Shown here: positions 1-9,931 of the stretch, in pieces
Layout: the number at the start of each line of letters is the position of its first letter
Numbering within the stretch: the stretch's first letter is position 1
Sequence record: OQ938541.1
DNA: 64,000 nt
Origin: Escherichia phage vB_EcoP_PE006
Reading direction: 5' to 3' (one strand)
Notes under the pieces: model-generated
What the model was told of the DNA's origin: nothing
Database searches by the model: none
What the model saw: only the letters and a program-made list of their open reading frames with translations
Position numbers and translations under genes: made by a program

Positions 1-148
1 ATGACCGTTGCTATAAATACACTCGCAAATGCACTTACAGCAACGCAAAAAGCCGCTCAAAGGCGGCTATGCGGAAGCTTCAAATGGGGAGAGGGCACGA
101 CGCCACAGAAAGAGCGTCATAGTACTAAAAGAGGGGGCTATATTCCTA

Positions 149-571
149 CTACTTAACCCTTGCCTCTTTGATGGGGTCAATGTATTTCTCAACGCCCCAC
201 TTGTGTTTACTGTCTGCGTAGAAAACATCAGGCGCACACTGGCTAGTCTTGGGAAACGCTTGAGGATCTTTTGTACTACCCTTAAACTTCTGTTTACCAC
301 GGGTGCGACCATTACAGAAGATTTCTAATTTCTTCTCCTCTTCTGTTTTAGCTCCCCCGCTCTTTAACAAAGAACGTTTATGATCGGCTAACAATAACGC
401 ATCAGCACGATGGACACGATGGCCTACACGTTTTGCCACACTAGAAGGGATATAGGATTCAGCTTCAGCTTTTGCAGCACGACGTTTTAAACTGCGCTTA
501 CTGACGTAATTGGTTGCCTTTGGCTTCTCTTTCTCCAGTTCAGAGATAGAAAAACAACGCCCACCTTTCAT
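149..571 (-). CDS. hypothetical basic protein (start moved to internal Met of track ORF 149..727)
   Basis: Open minus-strand frame, Lys/Arg-rich, no recognisable motif; start uncertain. Confidence 0.3.
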   Translation of the reverse strand: MKGGRCFSISELEKEKPKATNYVSKRSLKRRAAKAEAESYIPSSVAKRVGHRVHRADALLLADHKRSLLKSGGAKTEEEKKLEIFCNGRTRGKQKFKGSTKDPQAFPKTSQCAPDVFYADSKHKWGVEKYIDPIKEARVK

Positions 572-662
572 GCTGATTTTTGATTTAGTCACAATCTTAT
601 TCCTTTTTAGTGATAAATTATATCGGGCAAGCCCATCAAGGCGACGGGCTTGAACAAATAAC

Positions 663-872
663 TTAATCAAGTAAACTAAACGACTTCCAACTGCGCAGCA
701 GGATTGTACCGTCATCCATAGCCACACATAATTTTAGCAGTGTTTTGTTGGTACTGCTCACCGTTGTAATTTGTCCGGTTGTGCTTTTACCTTTGTTGCT
801 GTAAAGATATACAACACGACGGCCTAACAAACGAGATGGCGCTTTCTTAAATTCTGAAATATTAGTGATCAT
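663..872 (-). CDS. hypothetical protein (69 aa)
   Basis: ORF abutting neighbours on the same strand; no motif. Confidence 0.3.
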   Translation of the reverse strand: MITNISEFKKAPSRLLGRRVVYLYSNKGKSTTGQITTVSSTNKTLLKLCVAMDDGTILLRSWKSFSLLD

Positions 873-1090
873 TATCCGTATACCTTAACGTGATTGATTC
901 GACGTGAATGATGATAAGAAGACTCAACAGCCATTGCCTTTAATTCTTCCTTACGTTGGTTAGTGTGCACTGTACCCCAATGGTTGTTATCACGTTGGCG
1001 CTGTAATATCTTACTACATTTGCGATGGTTTCCCGTGCTGCGATGTTTCTCACAAATAGGACACTTGCCAAAGTTATTACTGAATATCAT
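872..1090 (-). CDS. hypothetical Cys/His-rich small protein
   Basis: CPICEKH...HRKC pattern suggests a zinc-binding ribbon; 4-nt overlap with the upstream gene. Confidence 0.35.
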   Translation of the reverse strand: MIFSNNFGKCPICEKHRSTGNHRKCSKILQRQRDNNHWGTVHTNQRKEELKAMAVESSYHHSRRINHVKVYG

Positions 1091-1314
1091 TTTCTTAATC
1101 CCAGCTTTCTTAAGATACGGCCTAACGTTGTTTCTTGCGTGATGATATAGCTGATCGCTTCACGTTCCAACGTTTCAATTTTCATTGGCGACGGATACCA
1201 TTCACCAGTAAGCACGCATTTACATTCAACGCCATACTTTTTAGATAGGCGGTAATGTTGACCGTTGACAAGATTCCGATAAATCGTGGTATGCGTAATT
1301 AACATGATCGTCAC
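1087..1314 (-). CDS. hypothetical protein (75 aa)
   Basis: ORF in operon-like packing with its neighbours. Confidence 0.35.
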   Translation of the reverse strand: MTIMLITHTTIYRNLVNGQHYRLSKKYGVECKCVLTGEWYPSPMKIETLEREAISYIITQETTLGRILRKLGLRK

Positions 1315-1416
1315 CTTTGATTAGATTCTTTGATTAATGCACTAAATCAATGCACTGATAAAAGAAAAGGCGCTACCCGTTAAGATAGCGCCTTATGCTT
1401 ATTTGAATTATCTTAC

Positions 1417-2325
1417 TTATGCTGCCTGACGTGCCGCCATAATCTCAGCTGCCTTGCGCAATACTTCTTCTTCTTCTGCTTTCGCAGCTTGTTCGGTACG
1501 GGTAGCAACCGTTGAAGAGATACGACCGCGCAGACTTTCTAACTTCTCCTGAATAGCCGCAATAGTCTTTTCCATTTCATCAGCGTATGAATCGAGTGAT
1601 TCTAATTCCTTGCTTGATGCGTTCATCAGATAATCGTCTGAGATCGCTACAGTTGAAGCCGTGACTTTCTTGATGAGTGAATCAAAGGACTTTTTAACTT
1701 TCCCCACGTCTTCACTTAAGGCGATAGTGTTGTCACTGGTAGCGCCATTGCGCTCATCAGCCAATAATTTGGCTTCAATACGGATTGCATTCAATCGTTC
1801 GACCAAAGCGTAAACATCTTGGTTAAAATCTTCCTTGTTTTTCGCCGGGATTTGCAGATGTGCCGCCACGTTGTCATTGCAACCCTTGTAGAAGTTAGGG
1901 TTATCGACTTCAATTTCACGGCCTAAAGCAAAGTTTTCGAAAGCATTTGACCAGCGAGCGCGGTTTTGTTCCATTTTGGCCTTAATTTGCGCTTCTTTCG
2001 CATCTTCTTTCGCTTTCGCTTCACCTTCCAGATTAATCCACTTTTTACGACCGTTTGCCGCATCAGTGTTAAACTTGATGGGAGTTAAGAAAGTAATTGC
2101 AGTGGCGATCACATCCATATCGCGGAAACGTTCAGTTAACAGAAAATCGACTGCCGACTGCAATACGTCCAGCTTTTTACCGTTACTGCGGAAGTGCTGC
2201 AAGTGCCCTAACAGAAAATTAGAAACATCTTGCTTAATCGCCGCGTTATTGCTACGAATGTTGTTAGCCAGTGCGTTAAAACCAGATTCTTTTACCAGAT
2301 TAAAAATTTTAGCCATGATATTCAC
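1417..2325 (-). CDS. hypothetical protein (302 aa)
   Basis: Long ORF with AGGTGA Shine-Dalgarno about 5 nt upstream of the ATG; Ala/Glu-rich helical C-terminus; no catalytic motif recognised. Confidence 0.6.
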   Translation of the reverse strand: MNIMAKIFNLVKESGFNALANNIRSNNAAIKQDVSNFLLGHLQHFRSNGKKLDVLQSAVDFLLTERFRDMDVIATAITFLTPIKFNTDAANGRKKWINLEGEAKAKEDAKEAQIKAKMEQNRARWSNAFENFALGREIEVDNPNFYKGCNDNVAAHLQIPAKNKEDFNQDVYALVERLNAIRIEAKLLADERNGATSDNTIALSEDVGKVKKSFDSLIKKVTASTVAISDDYLMNASSKELESLDSYADEMEKTIAAIQEKLESLRGRISSTVATRTEQAAKAEEEEVLRKAAEIMAARQAA

Positions 2326-3139
2326 CTTTCAATTGTAAGGGCACTATGCCCCGCTCTCTATGAGCTTTTTAAGTCGCCATTGACTTATCAATAAACACTC
2401 ATTGTTAAGTAATTATTGATAAGTGGGGCGGTCTTATCAGGAGTTAACCTTGCCGCCCCCTTATCTGTGATGTTTCATCTGGTATCTTTAATTAGTCGCT
2501 ATAAACGAAGCCGACCTGATAGCGATGATCAATCATCACAATAAGGCTATGCGTCCGACACTATTTAATTACATTGCTGTAACCGTCGGCAATATCGTTT
2601 ACTTTGTTTTCGCTCCCGCTTATCCTTTGTGCCAACTCCTAACCGCTAACCATCGCCCACTACGGGAGGTTATTGCGGAAAGAGATCATTGACCGCCTAA
2701 TATTCCGGCGTTTTATATCTTTCGGCGGGTTTACTACATAACCCGACTATGTACTTCCGTCATAAGACGAATCTCAAGCCGTTCACATCGTAAACGTTCG
2801 CATTAAACCTTATTGTTAAATAGCAATTTGCCACTTTTTAACCACTCCCCGCCGCTCTCAATTGAGCGTTAATTCGTCGGGATTGCCTACCCTGATTAAC
2901 TTCTTTCACTGTAGCACCGTGTTAGCGATGGCCGCCGCTACCCTTTAACCGTGGGCGATTAGTTTAAGCCGTTGCGTGTACTCAATGAATCCGTCTAACA
3001 GTGGTGACGTTTCCAGTTAAGGGATTGTAAGACTGTTTACCCTGATAGTTTAGGGGCCTTACACCGTTTTATCTGGTATGCTGTCCGATGGTTATTATCT
3101 TCCAGCATATGCAACCGATATATGGGAATGTTTAAATTA

Positions 3140-3967
3140 TTAAAGAGCGGTAAATCTGTCAGCGTGCTTTCTCACGCTACGCAACTGTTAGCCGTTGTTA
3201 CGCTTTTCACTGAAGCGGTGATTTGCTTAAGTGTGCTCATTATGGACCATGATGTTTTTGCTGTCAACCGCTTTTTTAATCTTTTTCGTCGTTCCCGCTA
3301 TTGGGAGGATATATCAACCAGCTTTATTTGATTGAAGATTAAGCGATGAGGCTAAAATCATGATTCACATTGTTAAAGAGCGGTTACTGCATTTACAGCT
3401 TAACACATCGTGTTAGCTTGTCAATCTCTTTTTTATCATCTTCTTTTATTCTTTTCCCTTATCTCGCGTGAATCTATGCGAAAGGGCAAGATGATAAATT
3501 TTTAAAGAGCGGGATGTTTCACGTCATCGCTGACTTAAGCTCATTATAGGTTAGGCTTTCCAGTTGTCAAATACTTTTTCAAGTATTTTTCACTTTCTAG
3601 CCTGATTTTTAAAGAGCGTTTAAAGCTGTATGGCTCCCATAACACCATTTGATAGTCAGATAACCTGCGACTATTCCGGGGCATGGTATCCGCCTGCCTG
3701 CGTCTGACTTGCTTCACTCACTAGGGAGTTACTTGAGCGGTCATCTTGTCTTTCTAAGCTCATTATAGTTCAGGCTTTCCAGCTGTCAAACACTTTTTCA
3801 AGTATTTTTCACTTTCTAGCCTGATTTTTAAAGAGCGGGGCAATTTCTTGCCTTGTATGTTTTACATCGTACCCGATGAAAATCAGTATACGCCAGCTTT
3901 CACGAAGTGCAATAGGGTAAGGCAAATTATTTTAAACTTTTTCACTATGGGGAAGATAAAAGAGCGG
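3140..3967. repeat. six dispersed copies of an 11-bp motif TTAAAGAGCGG (one or two 1-nt variants)
   Basis: Copies near 3140, 3373, 3502, 3609, 3828 and 3957, all in one orientation, in a region with no convincing ORF. Confidence 0.6.
3541..3837. repeat. pair of near-identical ~80-bp direct repeats, each ending in the TTAAAGAGCG motif
   Basis: aagctcattatag...ggctttccag(t/c)tgtcaaa(t/c)actttttcaagtatttttcactttctagcctgatttttaaagagcg occurs at about 3541-3618 and 3760-3837. Confidence 0.6.
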
Positions 3968-4067
3968 GCGCACGTGATACATCAAAGGAAACGGCTTGTA
4001 AAGCGATAAAAAGCGGCCTAAAACGCGCTACAGCGAACTAAAAGGGAGTAAGGTATACAATCACCTT

Positions 4068-4096
4068 AGAAAAGAAAAAAGCCTCATGGCGAGGCT
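4068..4096 (-). terminator. candidate rho-independent terminator (minus-strand sense)
   Basis: AGCCTC / GAGGCT stem with a 5-nt loop, followed on the minus-strand transcript by a U-run. Confidence 0.45.
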
Positions 4097-4395
4097 TTCA
4101 GGAGGCTTTAAAACATCAGATAGATTATGACCATAGGCATGACTACGGCACAATAAAGGAGAAAGATTAGTCCTATAGATTTAAGCATTACCCTAAACCG
4201 ATCTCAATTAGTTTAAGAATATCGAAAGCGGCAACAATCAGTAAATAGTTTAAAGAAACGAAGCCAATGACAAACAAAAACAGAAAGAACACAACCGGAC
4301 ACCTAAAAAACGTAAGAATAAAGCATATCAGCGACGAACAACGCCACTGCAACAACGAATAAGCAACGCAAAAAATAATCATGAATCATTAATTG

Positions 4396-4656
4396 CTACC
4401 CTTGCCAAAAAAATGCTACTCTAATCTGTTCCACTTCTTCCAGCGACAACAAAATCCCACGTTGCGCCAAATACTGACCAACTATCTGTAATCTTTCTAG
4501 AAGAGCGATAGCGGGGAAATCGATCGCATTAATATTATTACCTACAATAAACAAGATTAAGCACTTGTCAGAATCGTCAGTATATGAGAAATCGATCTCA
4601 CCATAATTATGAGATGGTATAGTAAAGCTGTATTCTTTATTCATTTTTATCACCAT
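4396..4656 (-). CDS. hypothetical protein (86 aa)
   Basis: Third ORF of a compact three-gene minus-strand cassette with 7-nt overlap. Confidence 0.4.
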   Translation of the reverse strand: MVIKMNKEYSFTIPSHNYGEIDFSYTDDSDKCLILFIVGNNINAIDFPAIALLERLQIVGQYLAQRGILLSLEEVEQIRVAFFWQG

Positions 4657-4901
4657 TTTGGCAGATCACAATCAAGAAGACCGGCAAGCGACAAATTACC
4701 GTCAACATAAATCGAACGGAAGTCATCGCGGTTAATATCAATGCGCACCAATTGGAGCCACCTTTTGGCCTCGCTAAAACTCATGGAACAAAAGGCAACG
4801 GTAGGCAGTATTACGTCACCTTCACGCAAGCCGAACGCAATAAAAGTATCACAAACAAAACAAGAAACACCGCTGGATAGTTTGATCACTTTGTTACTCA
4901 T
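4650..4901 (-). CDS. hypothetical protein (83 aa)
   Basis: Middle ORF of the cassette. Confidence 0.4.
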   Translation of the reverse strand: MSNKVIKLSSGVSCFVCDTFIAFGLREGDVILPTVAFCSMSFSEAKRWLQLVRIDINRDDFRSIYVDGNLSLAGLLDCDLPKW

Positions 4902-4928
4902 TTTTTGTTACTCCTGAAAATTGGTTAT

Positions 4929-5420
4929 TTACTTACTGGCCTTGATGCAGTTGGCTAAATTAATGTGAACGGTATAAACAGCGTTATCAGCGTTATTGTA
5001 AACAGTAGTCGCAATCATCGACTGATTAACCGGGCCATAACTCACTAGATTGGTGACAGCTTTAACGTCTTTGTAACGTTGTACAGTGCCATACGTCACC
5101 ATATCCGCATCGTTATCAGTACGCTTGAGAACTAGATCACTGTTAGGCTGATTATCTAGTGTTTTGGTACTAACGACCAGACCATCACGGGAAACGTTAC
5201 TAAATTTAACCTTTAAAACGACCTGATTGGTGTCACTATCAGCACCGTTGCAAATCATCCAACCTTTATTGATGGAACTAACGAAGACACTAGCCGCATC
5301 AGTTGCGGAAGTAGGGCCAGCGATAGCCTTGTCAGAAAGAGATGTGACCAGTGCACTAACACCGATCGCGGCGACTAGCGCATAACTTGCCAGATTAATC
5401 ATCTGCATCGGTTTAGTCAT
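4929..5420 (-). CDS. predicted secreted protein (N-terminal signal peptide)
   Basis: MTKPMQMINLASYALVAAIGVSALVTSLS...AIAG looks like a Sec signal peptide; rest is Ser/Thr/Asn/Val-rich. Confidence 0.5.
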   Translation of the reverse strand: MTKPMQMINLASYALVAAIGVSALVTSLSDKAIAGPTSATDAASVFVSSINKGWMICNGADSDTNQVVLKVKFSNVSRDGLVVSTKTLDNQPNSDLVLKRTDNDADMVTYGTVQRYKDVKAVTNLVSYGPVNQSMIATTVYNNADNAVYTVHINLANCIKASK

Positions 5421-5769
5421 TTGTGAAGCCTCATTGATATGTAATAGATAGGGATATAATAGGACACGCTTTCTTACATTGCAATCATCTTTCTAACTTT
5501 CTTTCTTTCTACTAAAAGTAGCGCCATTAAACTTACTAGGCTTATTTCTCGGGCTTAACTTGCTATCAGTGAACGACTCGACTACTTCACAAACAACCAA
5601 AACAAGTAAAGGAAACACCACAGCCATTGCCATCATTATTAAGATAATCATTTCTATCACTCCAATCACTCAATCAATAGGCTTCAATTTACTACTACTT
5701 AACAAGGAAGACAAGCGACCACGGATGTAACGCTATCGCTACGGGTAACAGACCAACATACCAGGACGA

Positions 5770-6186
5770 ACGGGGAACAAACATCCGCATAACAGACCAC
5801 GGGGAAACATAGCAAGATAATGCGGTAATAATATACCACTTAAATAATTGTATAACTCAAACATCAAAGATCATTCGCTACGCTCATGCACGCTGAAAAA
5901 GAAAGTAATAAAAGAAATAATAACATACATCAATCATTATCCACTTAATTAATACATACATCATTATTGCACTCATAATCATTACCATTGAAACTATTAT
6001 CAACGTAACTATGGGGAGCTGCGACTGTTACATGACGGTATTATATCGCCTTAAACTGATCGTTATACAGACCTTTATACAGTGCTAGCCTTTCTCCTAC
6101 TCTTTAAAGGGGAACTAAATAAACGGGTAGGTAATGAATAGGATGGTATACACGGGGAAAGAATAACGGGGAGTAGGCACGGGGAA
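5770..6186. repeat. iteron-like ACGGGGAA repeats (5 copies)
   Basis: ACGGGGA(A/G) at about 5770, 5799, 6152, 6166 and 6179 in non-coding DNA. Confidence 0.5.
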
Positions 6187-6572
6187 AAGCTGGAACGTTG
6201 ATAGGGATGTAAAGGCATTGCCAATAACCATTTTTTATTTGAGGACTCCCCCTTTTTGAGAAACACGCTGCGAGCGCCTAGCCCCATTCGGTCAAATCAG
6301 AATTTTAAACAGATGTATATAAGCTTAAGAGAGAACTTAATGAATCTAATTAAAGTATTTAGACGGATGAAGTGTAAGCACAATTACTATCTTCTTCGTA
6401 AAGCTTACGGGGATGAAAGAATACATGGTCTCTACTTATCAACATGGAAGTGTAGGGAATGTGGTAAGTTGAGATTCAGTACGTGGGTGGATAAGCCTTA
6501 ATGGAAATAATCTTTTGGTTAGTAATAGTCTTCTGTTTATTCATCTGCTTCTCTATAGCAAGGTGTATCAAG

Positions 6573-6708
6573 TATGACTAATGACATGGCCTTAACATGA
6601 GGGTGCCTTTATGACATGCCCTTTACTTCAGCGTACACGGGTTGTTGGTATGAGGTAGTCATCTTTGATGACGTGGCCTTTACGGGTTAGATATGACTAG
6701 CCCTTTAT
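6573..6708. repeat. iteron-like repeats ATGAC(A/G/T)(T/A)G(G/C)CCTTTA(C/T) (4 copies)
   Basis: Copies at about 6581, 6611, 6667 and 6693, just upstream of the first plus-strand genes. Confidence 0.5.
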
Positions 6709-6828
6709 ACTTTTATTCAGAGGATAGAATATGAAGTTTTTAAAAGAACTACACTCCTTGATTTATAAGGACATAGTGTACTCAGTATCCCGCAATGCAT
6801 GGTTCTACCAAAAAGGTGGCAACGGTGA

Positions 6829-7119
6829 ATGGGTAGATTGAATCTTATTCAGAGGAGAAGTATTATGGATTTAGTATTAGACTTTTTATCAGAGATGGTG
6901 CCTCGATTCAGAACGGAGACATACGCTTTCGTAATCAACAGTGACTCTGAAGATGGGATGGAAGCTACATGCCTAGGTCGACTTGTTGACTTGGATGATG
7001 ATGACGATTTCGATATTACAATTGATGTGAGTAGCTTAGGTTGGCTCTTCTTCAGAGCATTCCGCACTTACAAAGTAGAAACATACAAAGATTACAGCAA
7101 GGGAGATACAGATGAATAA
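6829..7119 (+). CDS. hypothetical acidic protein
   Basis: Asp-rich stretch (DLDDDDDFDITID); first ORF of the plus-strand block; true start may be the internal Met. Confidence 0.45.
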   Translation: MGRLNLIQRRSIMDLVLDFLSEMVPRFRTETYAFVINSDSEDGMEATCLGRLVDLDDDDDFDITIDVSSLGWLFFRAFRTYKVETYKDYSKGDTDE

Positions 7120-7681
7120 TTTAATCAAAGCGATGGACCTTAACGAGTATAATTCACAGCTATGTCGCTCTGGCTGTAGCTTACAACATTTAGAAACTAT
7201 GGGAAATGTTTCAGGGTTAGCTGTACAAGATTTGTATAGTGGAAGTATTCTTAAACCAAATATTACGGAGAACAAAAACATGTTAGATTTGATTCATACT
7301 ACTCGCCCTGATTCTAAAACTAAAACACAACCATCTACTCTGGAAGTAATTGAATACGAATCTACTAAACATGATCACCTCCCTGACTATGCTCGTGCAA
7401 TGATTGAGATGATTGAAGAAGCTGAATATGAAATGCTCCATGACTACATTACCTCCAAAGATGAATGGCATCGTGATGTTCGAATCGAAGAAGATGGTAC
7501 AGAAACAATTACGTGGATTCACAAGAGTGAGTTAGTAGACGACGCACTGCGAGACTACGAAAATTTTTTGGTCGACGGCTCTATTCTTTTAGAGGAAGAG
7601 AAGGGTGTAGAACTTCCGTGGGAGGGTGAGACGATTGCTTTAGGTAAGATGTTTAACCTGTCCGTTGGTGATTGTAAGTAA
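7112..7681 (+). CDS. hypothetical protein (189 aa)
   Basis: Acidic ORF overlapping the previous gene by 8 nt; followed by a hairpin. Confidence 0.55.
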   Translation: MNNLIKAMDLNEYNSQLCRSGCSLQHLETMGNVSGLAVQDLYSGSILKPNITENKNMLDLIHTTRPDSKTKTQPSTLEVIEYESTKHDHLPDYARAMIEMIEEAEYEMLHDYITSKDEWHRDVRIEEDGTETITWIHKSELVDDALRDYENFLVDGSILLEEEKGVELPWEGETIALGKMFNLSVGDCK

Positions 7682-7686
7682 TGTTT

Positions 7687-7709
7687 GCCTCCCTTGGGAG
7701 GCTTTTTGT
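7687..7709 (+). terminator. hairpin plus T-run (terminator or attenuator)
   Basis: GCCTCC / GGAGGC stem followed by TTTTTGTG. Confidence 0.45.
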
Positions 7710-7737
7710 GTTGTTGATAATGTAGAAGGAGTATAAA

Positions 7738-8211
7738 ATGTTTGGAGAAAACGGAGAACTCACGCCTGCACAGGTAGCTGAGATTACAGGAAGATTACCC
7801 GGAGTAACGGAAGAACTTGAAAGCCGTGGTATGAACCCAAGCAATGGGAAGTTTCAAAAGGGAAATAAATTCGGACGACCCAGAGGTAGTAGAGGTAAAC
7901 TGACACAATTAATGTTGGACCGTGTTGCTGCAAGTCATTTGTCTCCTGATGAAGTGTTAATTCAAATTTACGAAGATCCTAATATTCCACCTGATCTTAG
8001 ATTCAAGGCTGCATCAAAAGTTGCAGATCTGGTATATCCTAAGGCGGCCTCTGTTGAAGTTAAGATTGAGGAAGAGAATGTAATTAACGAAGAATCATTG
8101 AATGCACAAATCAAGGACTTCTTGACTGGAGCACTTGGTATCGACGTTATGCCTCCAGAAGAAGACAACTCTGAGGACGCTGAAAAGGGGGAGGAAGCGG
8201 ACGAGAGTTAA
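7738..8211 (+). CDS. putative terminase small subunit
   Basis: Immediately upstream of the large terminase; basic Gly/Arg motif KGNKFGRPRGSRG typical of small DNA-binding packaging proteins; acidic C-terminus. Assignment by position and motif only. Confidence 0.45.
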   Translation: MFGENGELTPAQVAEITGRLPGVTEELESRGMNPSNGKFQKGNKFGRPRGSRGKLTQLMLDRVAASHLSPDEVLIQIYEDPNIPPDLRFKAASKVADLVYPKAASVEVKIEEENVINEESLNAQIKDFLTGALGIDVMPPEEDNSEDAEKGEEADES

Positions 8212-8329
8212 GTAAAGGAAGCTGTATGGATGCTGGATTCATAAGTTAACCAGATATACAGCGAATAAGAGAGGGGGAGGTTCTTTGACGAAGGGACTTT
8301 CCCTTTTCTATTTTTAAACTGGAGGAAGT

Positions 8330-9871
8330 ATGTCATTAGATAAACAAATTTATGAAGCTCTAACTGGTAACAATCTTAGTGTAGAGGAAAAGAAAGCACT
8401 ATTGAATATGTTGAAAGAGCGTGACCAATGGAGGAAGTATAATAGGATTTTGTCTTTCAAGGCGTATGACTTCCAAAAGAAATTTTATGCAGCAGGATTG
8501 AAGCATCGCTTTAGATTCTTGTGTGCAGCGAACCGTGTTGGTAAATCTTATAGCGAGGCATACGAGTTTGCTTGTCATGTCACAGGTCGCTACCCAACTT
8601 GGTGGACAGGATATAAATTTAAAAGACCTATCTTAGCATGGGCAGTTGGTATTACAGGGGATTCCACAAGGAAGGTATTGCAAAAGGAATTGTTTGGTAC
8701 ACCTATCGGAAAGGATACAAATTTATTAGGGACAGGTGTCATTCCTCGTGATGCTATCGTCATTGATACGATAGAACGAGATGGTAACAAACTTCAAATC
8801 GTACAAATCAAACATCAAAATGAGAGAGGAGAGTTTGACGGTTTAAGTACATTAGAATTCCGTTCAACCCAACAGGGTGAACACACATTGATGGGTGCAA
8901 CAGTTGACTACATTTGGTTAGACGAAGAAGATCCATATGAGTCTATGGCTATATTCGCACAATGCGTCACACGTACACTCACAACTAAAGGTCTAGTTAC
9001 AATTACAGCTACACCAGAGAACGGTTTAACTGAACTGGTAGATAAATTTATGAAAGGTGAAGGGGATGAGAGCACAGGTTCTCTTTATTTCCAGAATGCT
9101 TCTTGGTGGGATGCTCATGCAGACCTAGGTGGACACATCACTGACCAAGATATAAAAGATATGACTGAAGGTATTCCAGCATGGCAGTTAGAGATGCGTT
9201 CAAAAGGTATGCCATTGTTAGGAAGTGGTTTGATATATGATGTATCGGATGACACAATTAAATGTGAACCATTCGAAATTCCTGATACGTGGAAACGTGT
9301 CTGTGCAATTGATATTGGTATTGATCACCCAACTGCTGCTGTTTGGACAGCTTACGACGCAAACACGGATACTATCTATGTTTACGACTCATATAAAGAA
9401 GGTGGCTTTACTCCAGTGTATCATGCTCCAGCTATTAATGGTCGTGGTCAGTGGATTCCTGTCATCCTACCGCATGATGCGGACAATACTGAGAAAGGTA
9501 GTGGCTCATCTGTTGCTCAATTCTATAAGAATGCAGGAGTTAACGTACAGAGTGAGACCTTCTACAACAAAATTGGAATGGATGGTAAAAAGAACTTCTT
9601 TGTAGAACCGGGAATCACAGATATCCGAGAAAGAATGATGAGTGGACGCTTTAAAGTCTTTAACACAGCCGCTAACGCTAAGCTATTCGAAGAGAAAGCT
9701 AGATATCATCGTAAGGTTGGTAAGATTATTAAAGAACATGATGACTTAATGGATGCAATGCGCTATTCAGCGTGCTCTGTTACACATCGTGGTCGCTCTA
9801 AGCATGATGTTAGCTACGGAAGCGCTTCTTTGTATGAGGCAAACGTAAGCAGATGGAATCAGAGCTACTAA
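8330..9871 (+). CDS. terL: terminase large subunit
   Basis: 513 aa with N-terminal Walker-A-like AANRVGKS, acidic Walker-B-like segment (YIWLDEED) and a C-terminal nuclease-like region; sits directly before the portal gene. Confidence 0.85.
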   Translation: MSLDKQIYEALTGNNLSVEEKKALLNMLKERDQWRKYNRILSFKAYDFQKKFYAAGLKHRFRFLCAANRVGKSYSEAYEFACHVTGRYPTWWTGYKFKRPILAWAVGITGDSTRKVLQKELFGTPIGKDTNLLGTGVIPRDAIVIDTIERDGNKLQIVQIKHQNERGEFDGLSTLEFRSTQQGEHTLMGATVDYIWLDEEDPYESMAIFAQCVTRTLTTKGLVTITATPENGLTELVDKFMKGEGDESTGSLYFQNASWWDAHADLGGHITDQDIKDMTEGIPAWQLEMRSKGMPLLGSGLIYDVSDDTIKCEPFEIPDTWKRVCAIDIGIDHPTAAVWTAYDANTDTIYVYDSYKEGGFTPVYHAPAINGRGQWIPVILPHDADNTEKGSGSSVAQFYKNAGVNVQSETFYNKIGMDGKKNFFVEPGITDIRERMMSGRFKVFNTAANAKLFEEKARYHRKVGKIIKEHDDLMDAMRYSACSVTHRGRSKHDVSYGSASLYEANVSRWNQSY

Positions 9872-9876
9872 AGTAA

Positions 9877-9905
9877 GGGGAGGTTTGTCCTCCCTTCTTT
9901 TATTT
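9877..9905 (+). terminator. hairpin plus T-run after the terminase gene
   Basis: GGGAGG / CCTCCC stem followed by TTCTTTTATTT. Confidence 0.45.
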
Positions 9906-9931
9906 AAGCTATCAACCGAGGGAGAGAATAG

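Noticed and set aside
29-328. Overlapping ORFs at the window edge (29..328 plus, 67..312 minus)
   Set aside because: Mutually exclusive, no motifs, and they overlap the 3' end of the 149..727 frame; cannot be resolved from sequence alone.
3122-3331. 69-aa plus-strand ORF in the repeat region
   Set aside because: Its start coincides with a copy of the TTAAAGAGCGG motif and it sits in otherwise non-coding repeat DNA; more likely a chance frame.
3140-6708. Repeat families as a possible CRISPR array
   Set aside because: Repeats are short (8-16 bp) or one long pair, irregularly spaced and of several unrelated types, with no cas genes in the window.
9237-9605. 122-aa out-of-frame ORF inside the large terminase gene
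   Set aside because: Alternative frame of a strongly supported gene; hydrophobic low-complexity translation.
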